Assembly: GCA_046331705.1 (NCBI GenBank)
Contig: JAXLQJ010000027.1
Coordinates: 62,001-97,952 of the forward strand
Direction: 5' to 3'
Length of the DNA: 35,952 nt
Source: a bacterium
GTDB taxonomy: Bacteria; JADJOY01
Part shown: positions 1-7,030 of the stretch, in pieces
How the letters are laid out: every line of letters begins with the position of its first letter
Position numbering within the stretch: the stretch's first letter is position 1
Made by a program: the position numbers and the translations under genes
The notes under the pieces: model-generated
What the model saw: the letters and a program-made list of their open reading frames with translations, nothing else
Databases searched by the model: none
What the model was told of the DNA's origin: nothing

Positions 1-2
1 GC

Positions 3-530
3 CCGGTTGTCCGCTTCCACGGCTTCGCGTAGCCGCGCCAGCTCGTGGAAGCGCTGGTCGTTGTCGAGCGCCACGGTGAAGGGCTCGAGCAACGAGCGCA
101 CCACGCGCTCGTGCTGCGGCGTGAAGCGTTGCTGGCCGCGCGCGACCACCACCAGCACGCCGACGGGGCCGGAACCGTCGACCAGCGGGCCCGCGATCAC
201 GCGAGCGGAGATGCCCTCGGGCACCAAGAGCGCGAGCAGCGCGTCGGGGCCATGGCCTTTTCCGGCCAGCACGCCGCCGCGACGGCACCAGGTCGCGACC
301 TTCTCGATGTCCGCCGGCGCACAGCGGCTGCGCACCTTGGTGGGCGGCGGCTCCTGGCCGCACACGCCGGTGGCGACGGTCTCGATCCGCTCGTGCTTGA
401 GGTCGATCCGCCGGACCAGCACCAGCTCGAGCGGGAGCTGGCGCGCGAGCAGGGGCGCGATGCGCGCCACCGACTCGCCGATGTCGAGATGGCGGCAGGC
501 TTCGCGCCAGACGTCGAGGAGGATCGCCAT
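3..530 (-). CDS. N-terminal GAF-like part of a probable sigma54-dependent enhancer-binding activator (FhlA/NifA type); runs off the left edge and is absent from the ORF track
   Basis: My translation from ATG 530 is open to the edge: MAILLDVWREACRHLDIGESVARIAPLL...IAGPLVDGSGPVGVLVVVARGQQRFTPQHERVVRSLLEPFTVALDNDQRFHELARLREAVEADNR. The end resembles the GAF-to-coiled-coil linker that precedes the AAA+ domain in FhlA-type activators. It is divergent from a -24/-12 promoter. The AAA+/GAFTGA domain itself is outside the window. Confidence 0.7.
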   Translation of the reverse strand, partial: MAILLDVWREACRHLDIGESVARIAPLLARQLPLELVLVRRIDLKHERIETVATGVCGQEPPPTKVRSRCAPADIEKVATWCRRGGVLAGKGHGPDALLALLVPEGISARVIAGPLVDGSGPVGVLVVVARGQQRFTPQHERVVRSLLEPFTVALDNDQRFHELARLREAVEADNR

Positions 531-583
531 GGGGTCGTTCGGTTTGCCGAGGTTCTCACCTCGAGCCGGCGAATGCAACGGAA

Positions 584-589
584 ATTCTA
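584..589 (-). promoter_or_regulatory. Candidate sigma70 -10 box (TAGAAT) for the activator gene
   Basis: Minus-strand TAGAAT about 54 nt upstream of ATG 530. Only a weak -35 (TGGCCG at 18-nt spacing). Confidence 0.35.
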
Positions 590-716
590 GCCTCAGTCAT
601 GGCTCATCGGCCAGTAAACCCGCTTAATGCGACGGGAAAAGTAACTTCCGATGACGCAGATTCGGGCTGGGTCGGATATTCGCCGTGATTTCAGCGCCTT
701 GTGCCACCGCGCGCGG

Positions 717-733
717 TTGGCCCAGCGACTGCA
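717..733 (+). promoter_or_regulatory. sigma54 (-24/-12) promoter of the sulfate-uptake operon
   Basis: TTGGCCCAGCGACTGCA with GG at 719-720, exactly 10 nt, then GC at 731-732. Close to the YTGGCACGNNNNTTGCW consensus, about 70 nt upstream of the first ATG and next to a divergent activator-like gene. Confidence 0.65.
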
Positions 734-800
734 CTGTGGGGTGTGGCGAGCCGCGATGGCTCGAGCGTGGATGGACCACCAGCACGCCAGGAGCCTCCGC

Positions 801-1025
801 ATGACCACCGCCCAGACATCGTCGTCCACGACCGAGCTTCCGCTCGAGGAGATCGTGCGGGCGGTTCGCCAGATCCGCTTCGGCTCGGTCGAGATCGTGA
901 TCCACGACTCGCGCATCGTGCAGATCGAGCGTCGCGAGAAGGTCCGCTTCGACAAGGCCGCCGGCGGAAACGGCCACAGCGGTTCACATCTCTCCCACGA
1001 CGCGTCCTCGCGCGCCGAGCGTTGA
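801..1025 (+). CDS. oscA: OscA/YezD-family (DUF2292) sulfur-starvation small protein, 74 aa
   Basis: Signature IRFGSVEIVIHDSRIVQIERREKVRF; AGGAG at 789-793 before ATG 801; upstream of sbp, as oscA is in Pseudomonas. Confidence 0.85.
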   Translation: MTTAQTSSSTTELPLEEIVRAVRQIRFGSVEIVIHDSRIVQIERREKVRFDKAAGGNGHSGSHLSHDASSRAER

Positions 1026-1070
1026 GCCGCGACTTTCTGCTCCGTCCCCGACCCAGCCGAACCCAACCCT

Positions 1071-1193
1071 GACCCACCAGACGACTGGCGGTCCGCACCG
1101 TGAAACCCCACGCATCGGCGCGCTTCGTGCCGACTCGATCGGTGCCTACCGGATCTCCGGCGGCCGCCCACCGAAGGAGATCCCGTCTGATGG
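1071..1193 (+). promoter_or_regulatory. Putative cis-regulatory RNA: twin hairpins that can refold to sequester the porin SD and AUG
   Basis: Hairpins GACC-CA-CCAG-ACGA-CTGG-C-GGTC (1071-1093) and GCC-TA-CCGG-ATCT-CCGG-C-GGC (1144-1164). Alternative helices 1151-1158/1176-1183 and 1074-1083/1184-1193. Confidence 0.55.
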
Positions 1194-2629
1194 CCACCTC
1201 ACGATTTTCGCAACGCTCGGCGCTCGCGGCGCTGGTGCTGACGATCGCGGCGCCCGCATTCGCCGGACCCCCCACCGCAGCCTCGACGCCCACCGCTCCC
1301 GCGGCGGCTCCCGCATCCACGGACCCCACCGCTCAGAAGCTGCAAGAGCTCGATCAGAAGGTGAAGGTGCTGGAGCGGCTTCGCGAGATCGACAAGGAGA
1401 CGGCCGACGCCAAGAAGGCGGAGGCGGTCACGGTCACGGCGAATCCCAAGGACGGGTTCTCGATCAAGAACGCCGACGGCACCTTCGTCCTCAAGCTCAC
1501 CGGCTTGGTGCAGACGGACGTGCGCAACTTCTTCGACGACACCACGGCGAAGCTCCCCACCCAGTTCCTGGTGCGGCGGGCGCGGCCGATCATCGAGGGC
1601 ACGGTCTACAAGTACTTCGAGTTCCGGCTTGTGCCCGATTTCGGCGGCGGCGCGGCGGTGATCCAGGATGCCTACGCCGACGTCAAGCTGATCCCAGAGC
1701 TCGCGCTGCGCACCGGCAAGTTCAAGGCACCGGTGGGCCTCGAGCGTCTCCAGTCCGACTCGTTCACGTTCTTCATCGAGCCGGGTCTGCCGACGGCGCT
1801 GGTGCCGAACCGAGACGTGGGCGCCCAGCTCTTCGGTGACATCGGCAACGGCGTGCTCACCTATCAGGTCGGTGTGTTCAACGGCGTCGCCGACGGCGCC
1901 AGCGGCGATCTGGACACCTTCGACGACAAGGACATCGACGCGCGGATCTACGCAGCGCCCTTCAAGACGACCGACGTGGACGCGCTGGTGGATCTCAACA
2001 TCGGCATCGCCGGAACCTTCGGGAGCCAGCACGGCAGCATCACGGCGCCCAATCTGCCCAGCTACCGCACGTTCGGGCAGAACACGTTCTTCCGTTACAA
2101 GACCGACGCCACGGCCACCGCCGCAGCGACGGCCGCCGGAACCGCGTACGCGGTTGGCTCGCGCACCCGTTTCACGCCGCAGCTCTACTGGGCGTGGGAT
2201 TCGTTCAGCACCCTCGCCGAGTACGTCCACTCGACACAGAAGGTGAAGCTCGCCGACGTCGCGGAAGACATCCCCGCGGACGCGTGGTCCGTCTCGGTCG
2301 GCTACGTGGTGACCGGTGAGAAGGCCTCCTTCAAGGGCGTGCAGCCCGCGGCTCCGTTCGATCCCGCCAACGGCGGCTGGGGCGCCGTGGAGCTGGTCGC
2401 TCGGTACGGCGACCTGACCATCGACGACAAGGCCTTCGACTCGAAGTTCGCGGACATCGCCAAGTCGGCGAAGGAAGCGAAGGAGTGGGGTGTGGGCGCC
2501 AACTGGTACCTCACCAAGATCTACAAGATCGCCCTCGATTACGGCCGCACGGAGTTCGACGGCGGCGCGAAGGGCGGCGACCGCGAGACCGAGAACGCGA
2601 TCCTCACGCGTCTCCAGGCGGCGTTCTGA
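1190..2629 (+). CDS. OprO/OprP-family anion-selective outer-membrane porin, 479 aa; sulfate is the probable substrate here
   Basis: Signal peptide ([15 protein letters not shown]), N-terminal coiled coil, Porin_O_P-like segments [38 protein letters not shown] and GANWYL, and a C-terminal Phe. AAGGAG at 1174-1179 supports ATG 1190. Confidence 0.85.
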   Translation: MATSRFSQRSALAALVLTIAAPAFAGPPTAASTPTAPAAAPASTDPTAQKLQELDQKVKVLERLREIDKETADAKKAEAVTVTANPKDGFSIKNADGTFVLKLTGLVQTDVRNFFDDTTAKLPTQFLVRRARPIIEGTVYKYFEFRLVPDFGGGAAVIQDAYADVKLIPELALRTGKFKAPVGLERLQSDSFTFFIEPGLPTALVPNRDVGAQLFGDIGNGVLTYQVGVFNGVADGASGDLDTFDDKDIDARIYAAPFKTTDVDALVDLNIGIAGTFGSQHGSITAPNLPSYRTFGQNTFFRYKTDATATAAATAAGTAYAVGSRTRFTPQLYWAWDSFSTLAEYVHSTQKVKLADVAEDIPADAWSVSVGYVVTGEKASFKGVQPAAPFDPANGGWGAVELVARYGDLTIDDKAFDSKFADIAKSAKEAKEWGVGANWYLTKIYKIALDYGRTEFDGGAKGGDRETENAILTRLQAAF

Positions 2630-2658
2630 TTTCCCACCCACTCATGGAGACCAAGCTC

Positions 2659-3678
2659 ATGTCGCGTCGCGTTCTCACTCTGCTCACGATCCTGGCAGCG
2701 GCCGTCGTGGTCGCGTTCGCCGCACCACCCGCAGCACGGGCCGACGAGGAGCCGTTGCTCAACGTCTCGTACGACCCGACCCGCGAGCTCTACGAGGACT
2801 TCAACGAGGCGTTTGCCGCCTATTGGCAGAAGAGATCCGGCAAGGCGGTCACCATCCAGCAGTCCCATGGCGGCTCGGGCAAGCAGGCGCGCGCCGTGAT
2901 CGACGGGCTCAAGGCCGATGTCGTCACGCTGGCGCTCGCCTACGACATCGACGAGATCGCAGCGAAGGCGCGGCTGCTGCCCGCCGACTGGCAGACCCGC
3001 CTGCCCAACAACAGCTCGCCCTACACGTCGACGATCGTCTTCGTGGTGCGCGCCGGGAACCCCAAGGGAATCCACGACTGGAACGATCTGGTGAAGCCCG
3101 GCGTCTCGGTGATCACGCCCAACCCCAAGACCTCGGGCGGCGCGCGCTGGAACTACCTCGCTGCGTGGGGCTACGCGCTGCGCCAACCCGGCGGCAACGA
3201 CGCCACGGCGAAGGAGTTCGTGAGCAAGCTCTTCAAGAACGTGCCCGTGCTCGACTCGGGCGCGCGTGGCTCCACCACCACGTTCGTGCAGCGCGAGATC
3301 GGTGACGTGTTCATCTCGTGGGAGAACGAGGCCTATCTGGCGGTGAACGAGCTCGGGAAGGACAAGCTCGAGATCGTGGTGCCGTCGGTCTCGATCCTGG
3401 CGGAGCCGCCAGTCGCGGTGGTCGACAAGGTGGTGGACAAGAAGGGCACCCGCGAGGTCGCCGAGGAATACCTGAAATACCTCTACACGCCCGAAGGCCA
3501 GGCGATCGCAGCGAAGCATTACTACCGCCCGCGTCTGGCCGCGGCGGCCGCCGCCGGGCCACGACTCGCGAGCCTGCCGCTGTTCACCATCGACGAGGTT
3601 TTCGGTGGCTGGCAGAAGGCCCAGAAGACCCATTTCGCCGATGGCGGCGTCTTCGATCAGATCTACGCCGCCAAGTGA
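2659..3678 (+). CDS. sbp: Sulfate ABC transporter periplasmic binding protein
   Basis: [51 protein letters not shown]; signal peptide; GGAG at 2646-2649. Confidence 0.95.
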   Translation: MSRRVLTLLTILAAAVVVAFAAPPAARADEEPLLNVSYDPTRELYEDFNEAFAAYWQKRSGKAVTIQQSHGGSGKQARAVIDGLKADVVTLALAYDIDEIAAKARLLPADWQTRLPNNSSPYTSTIVFVVRAGNPKGIHDWNDLVKPGVSVITPNPKTSGGARWNYLAAWGYALRQPGGNDATAKEFVSKLFKNVPVLDSGARGSTTTFVQREIGDVFISWENEAYLAVNELGKDKLEIVVPSVSILAEPPVAVVDKVVDKKGTREVAEEYLKYLYTPEGQAIAAKHYYRPRLAAAAAAGPRLASLPLFTIDEVFGGWQKAQKTHFADGGVFDQIYAAK

Positions 3679-3718
3679 GGATCGAGCCCTGAAGCTCGCA
3701 CCCGTATCCGTGTTGGTT

Positions 3719-3810
3719 CTGGGGACCGCCCGCTCGAGACCCCCCACGTCTCCTCGGGAAACGCCGTTTCGGCGTGATCCGTTTCGAGGGCGGGTGGTCC
3801 CCAGGTTTTC
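3719..3810 (+). terminator. Long stem-loop after sbp (mRNA stabiliser or leaky terminator)
   Basis: 3719-3740 pairs with 3781-3804 over 22 bp, including two G-U pairs and a GG bulge. Inner hairpin ACGCCG-TTT-CGGCGT. Followed by GTTTTC. Confidence 0.55.
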
Positions 3811-3882
3811 GGCGCCCGCGTCGGTGCCGGCGCGTTCCGCAGGCGGGTGACGCGAAGGCCGTCGATCGATTCGAGAGCGACC

Positions 3883-4731
3883 ATGTCCACCGTCAAGATC
3901 TCGGGGTTCCGCCGCTACAGCGTGTTGCCTGGCTTCGGGCCGACGTTGGGCTTCACGCTCAGCTACCTGAGCGTCATCGTGCTGGTGCCGCTGGGGGCGC
4001 TCTTCCTGCGCGCGGCGGGGCTCGATTGGGCGGCGTTCTGGACGGCGATCTCGTCGCCGCGGGTGCTGGCATCGCTGCGGCTGAGCTTCGGCGCGTCGGC
4101 GTTGGCTGCGCTGGTGAACGCCGTGTTCGGGTTCCTCGTGGCGTGGGTGCTGGTGCGTTATCCGTTCCCCGGCCGCAAGGTCGTCGACGCGTTGGTGGAT
4201 CTTCCGTTCGCGCTGCCGACGGCGGTGGCCGGGATCGCGCTCACCGCCATCTACGCCCCCAACGGCTGGATGGGGCGGCTGCTCGAGCCGCACGGGATCA
4301 AGGTCGCGTTCACGCCGGCAGGTGTGTTCGTGGCGCTCACGTTCATCGGGCTGCCGTTCGTGGTGCGCACCGTGCAACCGATTCTCGAGGATCTCGATCA
4401 GGAGCTCGAGGAGGCGGCGGCGAGCCTGGGCGCATCCCGCTGGACCACGTTCCGGCGGGTGCTGCTTCCCGCGCTGTGGCCGGCGGTCCTGACGGGCTTC
4501 GTGCTGGCATTCGCACGAGCGCTCGGCGAGTACGGCTCGGTGATCTTCATCGCCGGCAACATGCCCATGAAGTCGGAGATCGTGCCGCTCTTGATCGTCA
4601 CCAAGCTCGAGCAATACGACTACGCGGGCGCGGCCTCGATCGCCGTGCTCATGCTGGTGCTGGCGTTCTCGCTGATGCTCGTCATCAACGTCCTGCAGGC
4701 GCGTCTACAGGGACGGCACCTCGCCAAGTGA
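3883..4731 (+). CDS. cysT: Sulfate ABC transporter permease CysT (CysU)
   Basis: [25 protein letters not shown] loop [30 protein letters not shown]. Confidence 0.95.
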   Translation: MSTVKISGFRRYSVLPGFGPTLGFTLSYLSVIVLVPLGALFLRAAGLDWAAFWTAISSPRVLASLRLSFGASALAALVNAVFGFLVAWVLVRYPFPGRKVVDALVDLPFALPTAVAGIALTAIYAPNGWMGRLLEPHGIKVAFTPAGVFVALTFIGLPFVVRTVQPILEDLDQELEEAAASLGASRWTTFRRVLLPALWPAVLTGFVLAFARALGEYGSVIFIAGNMPMKSEIVPLLIVTKLEQYDYAGAASIAVLMLVLAFSLMLVINVLQARLQGRHLAK

Positions 4732-4783
4732 GGGCGACGGCTTCGAACGGTCCCGACGGCGCGCGCTGAGGAGACCTCCGCTC

Positions 4784-5680
4784 ATGCATTCCATCCCATC
4801 GTCCAACGCTTCCGCCGCCGGCCAGGATCTTCGCCGTGCCGTCATCAGCGAGCCACCGCTGGTTCGTCTCGCGCTGCTGACGATCGCGCTCGCGTTCCTG
4901 GGTCTCTTTCTCGTGATGCCGCTGGCGGCGGTGTTCGCGGAAGCGCTCTCGAAGGGCTTTCAGGCGTACTTCGGCGCGATGCGACACGCCGATGCGCTCG
5001 CCGCGATCCGTCTCACCCTGGTGACCGCGGCGATCGCGGTGCCGCTCAACTTGGTGTTCGGGATCGCGGCGGCCTGGGCGATCGCGAAGTTCGACTTCCG
5101 CGGCAAGAACCTCCTCATCACGCTCATCGATCTGCCGTTCTCGGTCTCGCCGGTGATCTCGGGCCTGATCTTCGTGCTGCTCTTCGGCTTGCAGGGTTGG
5201 CTCGGCCCGTGGCTCGACGACCACGACGTGCGCATCATCTTCGCGGTCCCCGGAATCGTGCTCGCCACCGTGTTCATCACCTTTCCGTTCGTGGCGCGCG
5301 AGCTGATCCCGCTGATGCAGGCGCAGGGCACCGAGGAGGAGGAAGCCGCGGTGGTGCTGGGCGCGAGCTTCTGGCGCACCCTCTGGAACGTGACGCTTCC
5401 CAACGCCAAGTGGGGATTGGTGTACGGCGTGATCCTCTGCAACGCACGGGCGATGGGCGAGTTCGGCGCGGTCTCGGTGGTGTCGGGCCACATCCGCGGC
5501 CTCACCAACACCATGCCGCTGCACGTCGAGATTCTCTACAACGAATACGACTTCGTGGGGGCCTTCGCGATCGCTTCGCTGCTCGCCTTGCTGGCGCTGG
5601 TCACGCTCGCAGCGAAGAGCCTCGTGGAGTGGAGGGCGCGCGCCGCCGTGCGCGATGCGCTGGCCGAGGCCGAAGCGTGA
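4784..5680 (+). CDS. cysW: Sulfate ABC transporter permease CysW
   Basis: DLPFSVSPVISG, PFVARELIPLM, EEEAAVVLGA, NARAMGEFGAVSVVSGHIRG. Confidence 0.95.
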   Translation: MHSIPSSNASAAGQDLRRAVISEPPLVRLALLTIALAFLGLFLVMPLAAVFAEALSKGFQAYFGAMRHADALAAIRLTLVTAAIAVPLNLVFGIAAAWAIAKFDFRGKNLLITLIDLPFSVSPVISGLIFVLLFGLQGWLGPWLDDHDVRIIFAVPGIVLATVFITFPFVARELIPLMQAQGTEEEEAAVVLGASFWRTLWNVTLPNAKWGLVYGVILCNARAMGEFGAVSVVSGHIRGLTNTMPLHVEILYNEYDFVGAFAIASLLALLALVTLAAKSLVEWRARAAVRDALAEAEA

Positions 5681-5852
5681 GCGGCGTGGGTTCGCGCAAC
5701 GAACGGCCCGTAGTGGTCCACGAGGGGGCTCGCCGAGTGGCCGGTCGCGGCGCGACCGCACGAGCGCAGCGAAGTGACTTGGGGGTGGGGCCGCGCCGAG
5801 ACCGCGCTCTTGGCGGGGCGGGGGGCTGGAACAGACTCCCGAAGGAGACAAC

Positions 5853-6938
5853 GTGAGCATCGAGGTTCGCAACATTCACAAGCACTTCGGACGGTTCCAC
5901 GCCCTTCAGGACGTGAATCTGCACGTGGACACCGGTGAGCTGGTGGCGCTGCTCGGCCCTTCGGGCTCGGGCAAGACCACCTTGCTTCGGATCATCGCCG
6001 GCCTGGAGGTCGCGGATTCGGGCTCGGTGCTCTTCCACGGCGAGGACGCGACCGATCGCCACGTGCGCGAGCGCCAGGTCGGCTTCGTGTTCCAGCACTA
6101 CGCGCTCTTCCGGCACATGACGGTGTTCGAGAACGTCGCCTTCGGCCTCCGCGTGAGGAAGGGGAAGGCGAAGCCGCTCGAGGGCTACATCCGCGCGCGG
6201 GTGAGCGAGCTCCTCGACCTCGTCCAGCTCGGCTGGCTCGCCGATCGCTACCCGTCCCAGCTCTCGGGAGGGCAGCGCCAGCGCGTCGCCCTGGCACGGG
6301 CGCTCGCCGTCGAGCCGCGCGTGTTGCTGCTCGACGAGCCGTTCGGCGCGCTGGACGCCAAGGTCCGCAAGGAGCTGCGCCGCTGGCTGCGTCGCTTGCA
6401 GGACGATCTGCGCATCACCAGCGTCTTCGTGACGCACGATCAGGAAGAAGCGCTCGAGGTGGCCGATCGGGTGGTGGTGATGAACGAGGGCAAGATCGAG
6501 CAGGTGGGGGCCCCCGACGACGTCTACGATCACCCCGCGAGCCGTTTCGTCTACAACTTCCTGGGTGACGTGAACCTCTTCCACGGCCGCGTCCACCAGG
6601 GGCAAGCCCACCTCGGCGAGCTCAACGTCGCGGTGCCGGAACACGACGCGACGCTCGATACCGCCGCCGTCGCGTTCGTGCGCCCGCACGACGTCGATGT
6701 GGCTCGCCACCAGAACGGCGCGCCGTCGATCGAGGCCACGGTGCGCCACGTGAAGGCGCTGGGGCCGCGCGTGCGGCTCTACCTGGAGCGCAGCGAAGCG
6801 GGATCCGAGATCGAGGCGGAGCTGAGCCGCGAGCGCTTCGAGGAGCTTGCGCTCCACGAAGGGGAGACGGTGTTCGTGAGCCTGCGCAAGCTCAGGGTGT
6901 TCGTGGAGGAATCACGGGTGTCCGCCGCATCGGGATGA
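5853..6938 (+). CDS. cysA: Sulfate ABC transporter ATP-binding protein CysA
   Basis: Walker [53 protein letters not shown]-terminal TOBE-like region; GTG start with AAGGAG at 5842-5847. Confidence 0.95.
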   Translation: MSIEVRNIHKHFGRFHALQDVNLHVDTGELVALLGPSGSGKTTLLRIIAGLEVADSGSVLFHGEDATDRHVRERQVGFVFQHYALFRHMTVFENVAFGLRVRKGKAKPLEGYIRARVSELLDLVQLGWLADRYPSQLSGGQRQRVALARALAVEPRVLLLDEPFGALDAKVRKELRRWLRRLQDDLRITSVFVTHDQEEALEVADRVVVMNEGKIEQVGAPDDVYDHPASRFVYNFLGDVNLFHGRVHQGQAHLGELNVAVPEHDATLDTAAVAFVRPHDVDVARHQNGAPSIEATVRHVKALGPRVRLYLERSEAGSEIEAELSRERFEELALHEGETVFVSLRKLRVFVEESRVSAASG

Positions 6939-7030
6939 GCGGCACCGTGTCGACCATGGCGTGAAGCGGCGGATGTCGATTCGGCGCCGTCGAATGGCCG
7001 AGCGCACGAGCGCAGGCCAGGAGGGGTTCG

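Noticed and set aside
1077-1088. Guanidine-II (mini-ykkC) riboswitch, suggested by the G-ACGA-C loop
   Set aside because: That class needs two closely linked ACGR-loop hairpins. The second loop here is ATCT, about 50 nt away, and the downstream genes are not guanidine exporters.
1100-1189. Porin start at GTG 1100 (and oscA at 651, sbp at 2485) as in the ORF track
   Set aside because: SD sequences and signal peptides fit ATG 1190, 801 and 2659.
1026-1190. Known SAM riboswitch or T-box in the sulfate leader
   Set aside because: I could not find SAM-I, II or III core sequences or a T-box motif by eye. An Rfam scan is still needed.
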